Virus record (IMG/VR): IMGVR_UViG_3300042923_000474
Coordinates: 1 to 64,000 of that record
Direction: 5' to 3' (one strand)
DNA length: 64,000 nucleotides
Positions 26,681-37,100 of the stretch are shown piece by piece (position 1 is the first letter of the stretch; every line of letters begins with the position of its first letter). The notes beneath the pieces are model-generated. The model was given only the letters and a program-made list of their open reading frames with translations. It made no database searches and was not told the DNA's origin. A program made the translations under genes and the position numbers.

Positions 26681-28318
26681 ATGAAAGACGATTCTGATCT
26701 GCCCCAAGAGCAACCTCTGGGCGGCGACGAGGGTGAGTTCCCGGTTGACAACACTCCGGTGGTGCCAGCGGCTGCTCGCCCTGCCGAAGAGGCTGAGCCT
26801 ACCCCACGTACCGAACTGGACTTCAACGAAGACAGCGACCTGTTGTCCGAAGCAGAAGCCTCCGGTGGTGCAGCTGAACCTGAAAAGCCGTTCTACGGCG
26901 AACGTCACTGGACCAACGAACACGTGTTCGGTCATGACGAGATGGTTAAAGAGCGTCCGGCGAACTACGCGCCTCGCTTCACCCTGATCGTGCCTACGAT
27001 GTCCATGACCGACACTGAAAAGGTCGGCAATGCCTTGGCCCCGGTTATGAAGCATCTGGCGCCTGCGGCCCGTACATGGGTCGAGAAGGTACTGTCCAGT
27101 CAGCTGATGGTGATGGCAGACGACCAGTTCACCGATGCGCTGGAACGTGATGGTTCCATGTGGATTCAGCGTCCTGAATACGACGGCACTAAGCTGGTTG
27201 CCCAAGTACCCGGCGTTGTGCAGCCTGCAGCGGGTGCAATCCTGTCTGGTCAGGATGCCGAAATCCACATGGCGCAACAGACTGGTAAGTACGCCCGTCT
27301 GATGTTCCCGCTGGTGCACACCGGTATCTGGCTGAACGTGCAGGTACCAGAAGGCGATGAGCTGCATACGCTCGAAGAGCATATCGCGGCTGCCAAGTAT
27401 GAATTGGGCTGGCTGTCCAAAGGCCTGGTTTACTCCAACACCTCGGTCATGCAGAACATCATCCTGGCCAACTTCATTCTGGAGCGTGCTGTTGCGTCTT
27501 CGGCTGAAGTCACCTCGCTGGAGTTCCTGAAGAAGGTCATTCGCATCACCGACCTGAACCTCATGGCAGCTCACATGGCGTCGGCGATCTACCCATCGGG
27601 CTTCCCGCTGGAGCGTCCTTGCTCTGCTTCCCCGCAGACCTGCCACGAGATCACCAAAGGCATTCTGCGCCTGTCGAAGATCATCTGGGTTGACAGCAAT
27701 GGCCTGTCGATTGACCAGAAGAAATTCATGGCCACTCGCCTGACCGGTCGCAAGAAGACTGAGGCTGACTTCAAGAAGTATCAGGAGCAGTTCCCAGGCG
27801 TCACTCAGCGCGTTGAACAGATCGCCCCGAACATCTGGGTGCGTTTCATGCCTCCGACGCTGGAGCAGTACGAGCAGTCCGGCTACGACTGGATCGACTC
27901 GATCGAGCGCGATGCCAACCAGGTTCTCTCCACGCCGAGCGGTCAGCAGCTCAACAGCTACATGCAAAAGCAATACCAGCTGACCTCGATGCGTCAGTAC
28001 GCTCACTGGGTGGATGCCATCATCTATCCAAACGACGTGCAGACCACTGGCCGTGAAGACATCAACAACCTGCTGGCGAAGAACTCGTCCAACACGGAGA
28101 TGGTGGAAAAGTTCATGAAGGCTGTCAAACGCTTCATCGACGACTGCACTGTTGGTCTGGTCGGTATCAACAACTACGACTGCCCGAAATGCGGTAACTC
28201 GCAGACTGCGGAAGCCGTGCGCAATCCGAAGTTGATCCCACTCGATCCAATGCACACTTTTTTCACCCTCAGCGGCCTGAAGACTCAAACTATTCAATCA
28301 GCAAATATGGCGTACTAG
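26681..28318 (+). CDS. Cys-motif protein, tentatively baseplate-hub/tail assembly chaperone-like; 0-frame product of a frameshift locus
   Basis: CSASPQTC and CPKCG motifs; acidic disordered N-terminus; slippery site near the 3' end. Confidence 0.7.
   Translation: MKDDSDLPQEQPLGGDEGEFPVDNTPVVPAAARPAEEAEPTPRTELDFNEDSDLLSEAEASGGAAEPEKPFYGERHWTNEHVFGHDEMVKERPANYAPRFTLIVPTMSMTDTEKVGNALAPVMKHLAPAARTWVEKVLSSQLMVMADDQFTDALERDGSMWIQRPEYDGTKLVAQVPGVVQPAAGAILSGQDAEIHMAQQTGKYARLMFPLVHTGIWLNVQVPEGDELHTLEEHIAAAKYELGWLSKGLVYSNTSVMQNIILANFILERAVASSAEVTSLEFLKKVIRITDLNLMAAHMASAIYPSGFPLERPCSASPQTCHEITKGILRLSKIIWVDSNGLSIDQKKFMATRLTGRKKTEADFKKYQEQFPGVTQRVEQIAPNIWVRFMPPTLEQYEQSGYDWIDSIERDANQVLSTPSGQQLNSYMQKQYQLTSMRQYAHWVDAIIYPNDVQTTGREDINNLLAKNSSNTEMVEKFMKAVKRFIDDCTVGLVGINNYDCPKCGNSQTAEAVRNPKLIPLDPMHTFFTLSGLKTQTIQSANMAY
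28258..28264 (+). other. Putative programmed -1 ribosomal frameshift site T TTT TTC
   Basis: In-frame X XXY YYZ heptamer; the -1 frame is open from here to stop 28803. Confidence 0.7.
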
Positions 28319-28803
28319 AATCCCCCGTTATTCGGTCCAATGGGCAATTGGTTGCTAACACTCAGCGACACGTTAACGACCCGCACTTTGGACTGGACAC
28401 CGAGGTATTCGACCGAGAGCTGGATCGGATTAAAACCGATACCCAAGCTCTCGGTGAACGCCCTGACTATGTGGATTCTGAAATGATGATGCGGGCTCTG
28501 TACGAGACTGCATTTGGCATTCACAACCACTACGGTGGGAAGCAGCATCCTTTTGCTCCGGTCGCGGCATATCCCAAGGAAGACTTCGCTCCGTACTCCA
28601 GTCGCTTTCGCGATTATGCTCGTTACATGGACGAACGTATTTTCGAGGCTACTGGGATTCCATTGGACAGTTTCTTCAAACGCCCTCGGGCAGAGATTGA
28701 AACGATCTTTGGTTTGGTCAGATTGCGCAACAAGAAACAATCAGCTAGCGCAGAAGAAATCGCTGCCGCTGCTGCCAAGAAAATGAAAGAGGGCAAGGGC
28801 TAA
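28261..28803 (+). CDS. -1 frame extension (ORF-track 28348-28803), likely expressed as a fusion with 26681
   Basis: No ATG/GTG between the upstream in-frame stop (28195-28197) and the SD-less TTG at 28348. Confidence 0.65.
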   Translation, partial: FHPQRPEDSNYSISKYGVLESPVIRSNGQLVANTQRHVNDPHFGLDTEVFDRELDRIKTDTQALGERPDYVDSEMMMRALYETAFGIHNHYGGKQHPFAPVAAYPKEDFAPYSSRFRDYARYMDERIFEATGIPLDSFFKRPRAEIETIFGLVRLRNKKQSASAEEIAAAAAKKMKEGKG

Positions 28804-29120
28804 TGAAAGACACCCTACGTCAAGGTCAGCACGATGTTCAGTTGGAGGCAGGTAAAACTACTCCCAACTCTATCGCTGATCTGGGTATGATCTTTGACCG
28901 TCACACGAGGCAGCTGATTAACTACCGTGACCTCATGTCTGAGGCAGATGTGTGTCGCTGGTTCAACATCCGCAAGGGTGAGCTGCGCAAGGCTGTAGCA
29001 CGTGGTGAGTTCCCTAAAGCCACGACGCTTAAAGCAGGTAACACTCCGTTCTGGGCAGATAGCATCATTGCTCGGGTACGGCGGGTAGACAACGAAGAAG
29101 AAGACTACGTTGGTGCCTGA
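28803..29120 (+). CDS. Small AlpA/excisionase-like helix-turn-helix DNA-binding protein
   Basis: MSEADVCRWFNIRKGELRKAVARGEFPKA...PFW pattern; TAATG coupling; GAGGG SD. Confidence 0.6.
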   Translation: MKDTLRQGQHDVQLEAGKTTPNSIADLGMIFDRHTRQLINYRDLMSEADVCRWFNIRKGELRKAVARGEFPKATTLKAGNTPFWADSIIARVRRVDNEEEDYVGA

Positions 29121-29162
29121 CGGCATAGCCGCCTGCCCCTAGGGGCAGGCGGTGCTTTATGC
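29121..29162. terminator. Bidirectional terminator
   Basis: CGGCATA + perfect palindrome CCGCCTGCCCCTAGGGGCAGGCGG + TTTATGC. Confidence 0.85.
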
Positions 29163-30914
29163 GCTCTCTTTGTGGTCTTCGTCGTACCAAGCCAGCAGGT
29201 CGTTAGACGATGGCAGGCCCAGCAGTTGTTGTGCAATCATGTTACCGTTGACATGTCCACCCGTAAGGTCAATGCCGATCCACCTCCACTGATCCTCTTC
29301 CATGTCATCCACTGACGACAACTCAGTCTGAGTCGTGAACTTGTCAATGTTGAGCATGTCTTGCAGCTTCGGATAAGTAGAGACCACGTCAATGTCAGAC
29401 ACGTGAGTGTGCAACAGTGTTCTGTGGCCGAACATGTCTCGAACAAGGTCTTTGTCTGAGTCAGGTCCCATGTACGCAGGTAGGGTGATGATCCAATTCC
29501 CTAATCCGGGACTGGCCTGGTCCACCTCCGTCAGCATCTCATCGCTGGTGGTACCGGCTACCAAGCCTCGGCCCAACAGGAAGAAGTGTAAGTCGTCAGC
29601 GATCATCCGTGGCTGAGAGTCGTAGTTACGATACTCAGAGCACTTCAGCAAAGCAGGCAGACACATGGAGATGTCTTTGGTCACCTCGTCCAGCATCTCT
29701 ACGCCGATATCGTCGTAAAGGTTGTATACGCAGTATTCCACTGGGTAATACTTCTGCATGAACGCATGCCACTCACCCTTGACGTAACCATCGGCCTGAG
29801 TGAACTTGAGCTTACCGGCTAACTTGTGCTTACGCAGCAGGTAGTCCAGGTTGTACTCAGGGTCGTTCGCAGACGCTGTACGGATACGCTTGTACAACAG
29901 CATCGAGTCACAGATCTGGAAGGAGGCCTGCAGACTAACGGTGTGCCATTGGTCAATTGGGTTGATTGGAACCTTGGTATCCTTACCACCATCCTTTTTG
30001 ATCTTGTGTGCAGCGCCTTGGTTCCACTTGAAGTTACGGAACTTCTTGGGGATACGTTGATCGCAGAACACATCGGACGGGTCGTAACCAGAGTCCAGCA
30101 GAGCTTGTTCAGATTTGGGGATATCGAACGCCATGTTGAAGATGGTCACGTAGTCTGGTTGCCACTGGTGGGCGGCCTCAAAGGACTTCTGCACCAGATG
30201 CGCTGGCAAGTCTAGGATGTTGATCTCCAGACTCTTAGGATCGAAAGGATCAATCCCTCGCTGCTTAAGAATGGACCCGAGCAGCTCCTCACTCTTTTCC
30301 CGCACCAGTTGTTCAAAGCGTGCAGGCTCTTTATCTGCCTCTGGGATGGCCGATTCAGCGATCCAGTTGGACAGGATGTTTTGACAAGCCTTTTCCTTTA
30401 ATGTCATAGACGCAATGATGATCTCCTTTTCTTCGGAGTTCATGTTGGTCTCGATATCGTAGACGGCCACACTGCTTGGGGTCGGTGTACCGCCGTACTT
30501 ATCCCGATAGCCACGCTTAATCAACACAGGCGTCTGGATGTCGGCACCGTATAAGTAAGCTGAACGTGCAAGCTGTCGTAATCCCCCACGAGCAGCCGGG
30601 TTGCCCAGTGCCCGAGCGACCTTATTATGTAGTTCATGCTGACTGCAAGTGAACTTTCGAAGGTGCTTCAGAGGCGCCCATGGGCGCTTGTCCTTATGGG
30701 TCCGATACTTATCCAGCGTGACGTAAAAGTCGCGTTGGTAGTTGTGTATCAGCCGCACGTTCGGAATGATTCTTCCGTCCTTGCAGTGAATCAGTTCCTT
30801 GACGACCACCACATCGTTAGGCGAGTAGTCATTCGCTTTTGAATAGGTGGCATGCACGCATTCGTAGCGGTCGATCTCATCTCGTGTGGGCAGTTCCGGG
30901 TATGCGAATGCCAT
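29157..30914 (-). CDS. Family B DNA polymerase, split subunit with 3'-5' exonuclease and motif A (phiKZ gp82-like)
   Basis: Exo I YDIET, Exo II FNMAFDI, Exo III YNLYD and motif A DIDVVSTYP; ends without motifs B/C. Confidence 0.88.
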   Translation of the reverse strand: MAFAYPELPTRDEIDRYECVHATYSKANDYSPNDVVVVKELIHCKDGRIIPNVRLIHNYQRDFYVTLDKYRTHKDKRPWAPLKHLRKFTCSQHELHNKVARALGNPAARGGLRQLARSAYLYGADIQTPVLIKRGYRDKYGGTPTPSSVAVYDIETNMNSEEKEIIIASMTLKEKACQNILSNWIAESAIPEADKEPARFEQLVREKSEELLGSILKQRGIDPFDPKSLEINILDLPAHLVQKSFEAAHQWQPDYVTIFNMAFDIPKSEQALLDSGYDPSDVFCDQRIPKKFRNFKWNQGAAHKIKKDGGKDTKVPINPIDQWHTVSLQASFQICDSMLLYKRIRTASANDPEYNLDYLLRKHKLAGKLKFTQADGYVKGEWHAFMQKYYPVEYCVYNLYDDIGVEMLDEVTKDISMCLPALLKCSEYRNYDSQPRMIADDLHFFLLGRGLVAGTTSDEMLTEVDQASPGLGNWIITLPAYMGPDSDKDLVRDMFGHRTLLHTHVSDIDVVSTYPKLQDMLNIDKFTTQTELSSVDDMEEDQWRWIGIDLTGGHVNGNMIAQQLLGLPSSNDLLAWYDEDHKESA

Positions 30915-30975
30915 GACTGTCTCCAGCGTGAATCAAAATTCTCTAAACAGTATCTCCCCTCGGTAGGACTTCAAC

Positions 30976-32277
30976 ATGACTCGCAATCTCAAGCCCCATG
31001 CCGCGATGGTGCAGGAGGCTATTGCCCATCAGGGCCGTAGTCAGCTCTTCCGGGACATTTGCCTGATCTTTCGTGAGATCAAGGAACTGCCCTACAATGC
31101 CCTGACCAAGGACCTGCTCACAAAGAAGGGCTTGGATAAGGTCATCGAGAAGCACACGGGCCTCAACGTCCCTGTGAAGATCAGCCGTGAACCCTACATC
31201 AACGCCTGGGTTTATCCGCCGTACATCGATGCCAACCACGCGGTGTTCGCCGGTAACAAATACGAGCGCGACAATCCGTGGATTCTGGATTACATCAAGA
31301 AGCAGTCCGACAAGGCCTTCGGCAAGTCCGAGTCCATCTTCGGCACTGTTGACCGCGAGAAGTCTCGCGTCTCGGGTGACTTCACCAAGATCGAATGCCC
31401 GATGTTCATCACCGCGCTTTTGATCAACCGTCCAGATATCACGCCAGAAATGGCTACCTCGGTGATTCTGCACGAGCTGGGTCATGTCTTCACCTACTTC
31501 GAGTTCATGGGCCGCGTGACCACCTTCAACGGTGCTCTGCAGGCAGCCTCGGAAATGTTCTTCAAGTGCGACACCCGTGAAGACCGTCTGAAGATCATCC
31601 GCGATGTGGGTGACAAGTTCGGCGTGGACACGGACGATCGTGATGCATTGATGAATGCCCGTAACAAGGATTCGTTCATCACTGTTCTGGCTCGCGGCTA
31701 TGTCATTGACCGCAAGTCGAGCATGGGTTCTTCGATCTATGACATCACCCTCTGGGAATCGCTGTCTGACCAGTTCAGCATGCGCCATGGTTCCGGCGTG
31801 GACGGCGTCAAGATGATGGACATCCTGTACAAGAACAGCGGCGCCTCGGCGTACTCCAGCACCCTGGGCCACGTCATCTTCACCCTGTTCAAAGTGTTGA
31901 TGTTCATCATCTTCACCTTCTTCACCTTCGGCTTGCCGCTGTTGATCTTGTTCATCAACCCGGCAGAGAAGATTTATGACGAGCCTGAGGCTCGCATGAA
32001 GCGCATGCGCAACGACTTCGTGATGGGTCTCAAGTCCCCGAACATCTCTGATGAAGAGAAGAAGAAGATTGCGCAAGACGTCAAGGACATCGATGACATC
32101 ATCCGTGACCTCAATGACAAGCGCGGTCTGATCGAACTGTTCTACACCTCCTGCACACCAGAGGGTCGCCGTCAGTTCAGCCAAATGCGTTTCCAGCAAG
32201 ATGTTGAGCGCCTGATGGCCAACGACCTCTTGGTATCGTCTACCCGTCTGCAGAGTCTTGCTGACCGTCTTTCCTAA
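30976..32277 (+). CDS. Putative membrane-associated Zn metalloprotease-like virion protein
   Basis: ILHELGH (HExxH), downstream ESLSDQF (ExxAD-like) and a long hydrophobic stretch; AGGA SD. Confidence 0.65.
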   Translation: MTRNLKPHAAMVQEAIAHQGRSQLFRDICLIFREIKELPYNALTKDLLTKKGLDKVIEKHTGLNVPVKISREPYINAWVYPPYIDANHAVFAGNKYERDNPWILDYIKKQSDKAFGKSESIFGTVDREKSRVSGDFTKIECPMFITALLINRPDITPEMATSVILHELGHVFTYFEFMGRVTTFNGALQAASEMFFKCDTREDRLKIIRDVGDKFGVDTDDRDALMNARNKDSFITVLARGYVIDRKSSMGSSIYDITLWESLSDQFSMRHGSGVDGVKMMDILYKNSGASAYSSTLGHVIFTLFKVLMFIIFTFFTFGLPLLILFINPAEKIYDEPEARMKRMRNDFVMGLKSPNISDEEKKKIAQDVKDIDDIIRDLNDKRGLIELFYTSCTPEGRRQFSQMRFQQDVERLMANDLLVSSTRLQSLADRLS

Positions 32278-32288
32278 GGAGCCCTGAC

Positions 32289-32735
32289 ATGGCCGAACTC
32301 AAGATTACCCGCAAGAAGTCGGGCTCGATCATTTCCAACATCAACCAAATGCTGACCAGCACCAAAGTTGATGCCATGGACCGTACCCCGGTTACCGAAC
32401 TGGCTTTCGCTGAGCTGATCGCTGCCACCCTGCCGTTGGCCCCACAAGGTCAAGACGTGGCGGACTTCTACCGCACCAACTGCATCGAGGGCGTCAAGGC
32501 TTTCCTCGACCAGGCCGTAGAGCTGGTGTCCATCAGCCAAGAGCAGTGCCTGCTCGCGGTGTACGGTGTGTACGCTTACCGCGTGTCGATGATCCAGCCA
32601 GAGAACCTGACTGACGTGCGCCCATGCATTGGCCGCTACATCCGTCGCCTGCCGCAGCGTCATGCTGACATGGTCATGAAGTACCCGACCCTGAACGACA
32701 ACTACTGGGCTCTGGCCGACAGCATCTACGTGTGA
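32289..32735 (+). CDS. Hypothetical, probable virion protein
   Basis: AAGGAG SD; biased codons; lies in the head cluster. Confidence 0.75.
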   Translation: MAELKITRKKSGSIISNINQMLTSTKVDAMDRTPVTELAFAELIAATLPLAPQGQDVADFYRTNCIEGVKAFLDQAVELVSISQEQCLLAVYGVYAYRVSMIQPENLTDVRPCIGRYIRRLPQRHADMVMKYPTLNDNYWALADSIYV

Positions 32736-32745
32736 GGCGCTGACC

Positions 32746-34083
32746 ATGAAGATGATCACTGAAGACCTGACAGAGGAGTTGTTTACCGACGACCCTCTGA
32801 TTCCTCAGGGGATCATCTCCACTTATCAAGCGATCAAGAAAAATCGCATGGTGAGCCAAGAGATGGTCAGTCCGTACATCCAGAACTTCCCGATGAACAT
32901 CTCGCTGAGCAACTTCAGTGAGCTGCCTTCGGAGAAAGGGTTGGACATCGCGCTGGAAGGCTTTGCAGTGCTGTTTAAGGTGGCTGCCGGTGTATTGCTG
33001 GTGTCTGCCTTGGGTGTGTGCATCTTTAACTTCGTGCGCTCTCGTAAGGCAGCTGAGGCAACCACTGCCAATGCGTCTAGCGGTGCCATGCTGCATAGGG
33101 AGATTACCAAGCTGTTGACGGGTATCCGTGCAGCCGGTGGCTACCATGACCGCACGATCAAGATCAAGTCCAGCGACATCCCAACTGGGGTGACTCGCCG
33201 GGCGTTGAACCTGCATGGTGAGATCACCTACACGGATTGGGCCAATAGCTTCTATGCTTACGGCCACGATCAACACTTCGTGAATGCAATCGCCTCCAAG
33301 GTTGCCACCAACCAGTTCCCCAGCGTGACCGAACACCTGATGACACCGATGGCCGATTACCTGTCGGACTTGGGTGGTCGTGTGAAACAGCTTGCCCTCA
33401 TTATTCAGGACCTGCCTGCAGCTCTGAATGCTGGTCGTCTCCCGGAGATGGTCAGGAGTATTGAGAACCTCAATATTCAAGAGGTCCGTGCCACGTTCTT
33501 GGGTCACCTGGAACGCGTCTACGGCAAAGAGCTGTCAGCCCCACGCACCATCCTGCCTGCCAACAGTGCTCTGCTGTTGGACAGTCGTGTCACCTCCCTC
33601 AAAGAGTTCTACGACAACACCCGCGAAGACAAGCACTTCGTGCGTGACCACTACCAGAACAACCTGGACCGTTGGCGCAATGGCGACGTGGAAGGGATGT
33701 TGGGTCGAATCCCTGAGATCTGTACACAGGCTTCCAAGCTGGGTGCTGCTCCATCGCTCTCTACTGGCAAGAACATTGTCGATGAGTGTGAGAAGCTGCG
33801 TCAGAAGGTGTCTGCTCAGGAAGTCCCGGAAGTGGTTGAGGATGCTCTGAAAAAGATCCTTGAAGATATTCGTCTGGACTCGGTGGCCTCGGTCAACCTG
33901 TTTGAAATGGTGATCAACGAACAACGTCAGTTCACCATCTACATTCAGGACATCCTGAACCAGACCATCGAGTGGGGTGGTGCCGTAGCAGCCTTTACCA
34001 AGCCTGTTGATCCATCAGGTGCGAGGAAGCTGTTGCGTGACGTCCAGGAAGCTACCGCGTCGACGCGCAAGGTCAAACTTTAA
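32746..34083 (+). CDS. Probable head/ejection protein with propeptide, ALE site and hydrophobic helix
   Basis: IALE|GFAVLFKVAAGVLLVSALGVCIF. Confidence 0.7.
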   Translation: MKMITEDLTEELFTDDPLIPQGIISTYQAIKKNRMVSQEMVSPYIQNFPMNISLSNFSELPSEKGLDIALEGFAVLFKVAAGVLLVSALGVCIFNFVRSRKAAEATTANASSGAMLHREITKLLTGIRAAGGYHDRTIKIKSSDIPTGVTRRALNLHGEITYTDWANSFYAYGHDQHFVNAIASKVATNQFPSVTEHLMTPMADYLSDLGGRVKQLALIIQDLPAALNAGRLPEMVRSIENLNIQEVRATFLGHLERVYGKELSAPRTILPANSALLLDSRVTSLKEFYDNTREDKHFVRDHYQNNLDRWRNGDVEGMLGRIPEICTQASKLGAAPSLSTGKNIVDECEKLRQKVSAQEVPEVVEDALKKILEDIRLDSVASVNLFEMVINEQRQFTIYIQDILNQTIEWGGAVAAFTKPVDPSGARKLLRDVQEATASTRKVKL

Positions 34084-34091
34084 TGCCAACC

Positions 34092-34127
34092 ACCCCCTAC
34101 AGGGCAATCGCTCTTGTAGGGGGTTTC
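34092..34127 (+). terminator. Hairpin/terminator within the head-protein cluster
   Basis: ACCCCCTACAGGGC-AATC-GCTCTTGTAGGGGGT followed by TT. Confidence 0.6.
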
Positions 34128-34138
34128 AGGAGCTTTTT

Positions 34139-37100
34139 ATGAAGAAGTACGATTTGGCCGCACTGGCGCAGGCGCCGGGTAAGGATCTGGTCGAATTCAT
34201 CGGTCAGAACGACAAGGTCATTGCTGAGGTCACCACCCATGTGGCCAACCTTGAACGTCTGCGTGGCACCAGTCAGGCTCACGCCCTGGGCTACATGGAA
34301 TACATGCCCGATGAAGTAACCATGGGCGACTTCGATACCCACCTGTCGAAGAAAGGCCACCAGATGTCCATGGAGGCCTTGCACACCATCCTTCTGGTGG
34401 CAGCCTCTGCTGCCGTGGTAGCTGGCATTGGTTTCATTGCGTACAAGCTGTTCAAAGCAGCTCAGTCCAAAGAACCCAAGTCGGCGAACTACGTCGAGAA
34501 GGCCGAGCAAGTTCAGCGCATGGCTGAGAAGCTCAAAGAGTTCCGTATCAAGTTTGCCGAGTCTGCCCCGGCTACCCAAGAAGCCCTCAAGCAGCGCTTC
34601 TTGGCAGACAGCGTCAAGGAAGCCATCGTTGGTATGTCCGATGCTGAACTGCTGAACGATACGTTTGTGGCCTATGTTCGCAGCGAGATGCACCGCGAGC
34701 AGCCATCGTACTTGACTGCTGTGGCCCGTTACCGTGGTGAGCAGTCCCTGTTCCTCAATGCGGCCCTCATCTATCTGGACGGCGTCAAGGAATCGCTCGA
34801 AGCATTCCGTCGCGAGTTCCTCGATGTGGTGGCCAAAGCTCCAGACATCACCGACTACCAAATGGTCAACCTGGTCAACGGCCTCAAGTGGGACCGTATC
34901 GACAACGGTAACCATGCGGGCGTTCAGGCGGTGTTCGCTTGGGCTCAGGCGATGGGGACTCCGGTCACCAACCGTGTTGAAGAAACCCTCAAGGTGGCTC
35001 ACGACACATTGGTTGCACCGATCACCACTGAACAGGTGCGCGAGTACAACCCAGACATCGTTGCAGCGACCATCCCTAAAGGTGGCTACCACAAACTGTG
35101 GGCACTGCTCAAAGGCCTCAAGGACACTGGCAAGTACATTGAAGGTGCCAAGGGTGGTTTCACTCAGGGCGAGAAGCGTTCGCAGCAAGTCGCTGACCTG
35201 TACAAGGCTCAGATCGATCGTGCCAGTCAGTTGGCCGACAGCGTGGGCATCATCGAACAGATGGCTCGTGCTGAGAGCGATGCGATTGTTCGCAACATGA
35301 AGATCTCCACCAACGCCACCAAAGCCCTGCTTAACGCCATTGAAGAAGTGGCCGATAAGCTGGAAGACAAGGAACAGGCCAAAGAGATCAAGAACGCACT
35401 GGACGCGATCACTCGCGCTACTGCCTCTGGTCTGTCCATGAAGACTGAAGGTCTCCTGGATAACGGTCTGATGCCAATCAGCTTTGGCGCTGTCATGGCA
35501 TTGGAAGGCCGTAACCAGTGGGTTGAGTTCCTGAAGTCTGTTGCGGTTGTAGCTGCCATTGGTTTGGCGATCTATGCCCTGCAAGCGCTGGTTCTCTCCA
35601 TGCTGGGTCTGCAGTCGATGGCCGCTACCTTCTCCGGTGGTGTCGTCTACATGCAGAAGAACGGCAAGCGCATCACTCCGGGCGAAGCCGCTGACATCGT
35701 GGCAGAAGCTGCCAAGGACAAACGTCTGGGCAACTACGGCGTGTTCATGTTGGCCAAGAACCAAAGCCTGCCGTTCAAGTTGACTGAGCGCCATCTGGGC
35801 TCGGGCTTCCATGACGTGTCTCAAGGCGTGGTTGAATCGCTGCGTGGCTTTGCTGGCAAGCTGCATGGCAAGCCGAAGGATCAGGACGTTATCAATGCGT
35901 CCAAAGAAGGTTCGCGTTTGGTTAAGCGCACCATCGAGATCCTCAAAGGTCGTCTCAAGGACATGAGCTTCAACGTCCCGAACGGTGACCCGCACATCCC
36001 GGCTACTACCCACCAACTGCGTGATGCCATGGAAGCATTCATGGATCAGTGGTTCAACCCAGAAAAGGCCGACTACGGTCTGATCAAGCGCGGCATTGAT
36101 ACCACCTGGTTCGGTGTACTGGACGCCAAGGCCGAGCAGCATGTGGATCAGAATGCCAAGATCCTGACCGACGGCATCACCAGCTTCTCCAAATCCATCC
36201 CTGACGTCAAGAAGGAAGACCTCAAGGAAATGGGCGAAGAGGCTCAGGAAGCCCATGCCAACTTTACTCAGGAACTGGCCTACATGGCAGCACTGGGTCA
36301 TGTGGTGACCGAGGTGACCAAGAAGGCGATCCGTGACGGCGCAATGTCGATGCAGGCTGTTCGCAGTCAGCTGAAGATGCGCGGTGAAGGTATCGAGGGC
36401 CTGGACGAGGCCGACGAAGACATGGACGACTTCCAGCCTTACGAAGAACCACTCGATCCGTTGGTGGATATGGCTGAGGCCATGGGCGACCTGTACGTGG
36501 ACGAACAGTCTGACGTGGTGATGGCAACCGAGAACCGCAAGGTCATGATCACTCGTCTGTTGATGACTGCTGGCATCGTCATCATTCTGGGCGCTGGTGC
36601 CTACATGCTGCTCTCCATGTCGCAGAATCGCCGCAAGCCTAACTCGTTTGCAACCGACAAGATGTTCAAGGACATCAAGCGCGACCTGGATGCATCGCTC
36701 AAGTCGGAAGAGTTCTCGGCCCGCATGAAAGCGAGCACTGAGCGCTTTGCCGATGATCTGCAGGAAGACCTCAAGCGGTTCAAGGCTCGTATGGATGCGG
36801 CTCGTCAGCCAGCTGGTGGCAAACAGACTGAGAAGGAAGTCAATGGTCAGCGCGTAGACAGCGGCGCTGCTCAGTCGGCAGACGTGCGTCCTCGCATTGG
36901 TGAGACCGGATCTCCAGTCAGCGGCAGCAACAATGCTTCTTCGGTCACCCCGGAAGGCAACGTCAAGTCGATCTACGAGCTGGAAAACGCCGACCTGATG
37001 CAGATCGCCAAGGACGCAGACAAGCTGGTTGAAAACATCAGCAAGTTTGACTACAAAGGTCCTCTGCGTGAGCGTTTGATCGAACGTGTGCCGGGCATGC

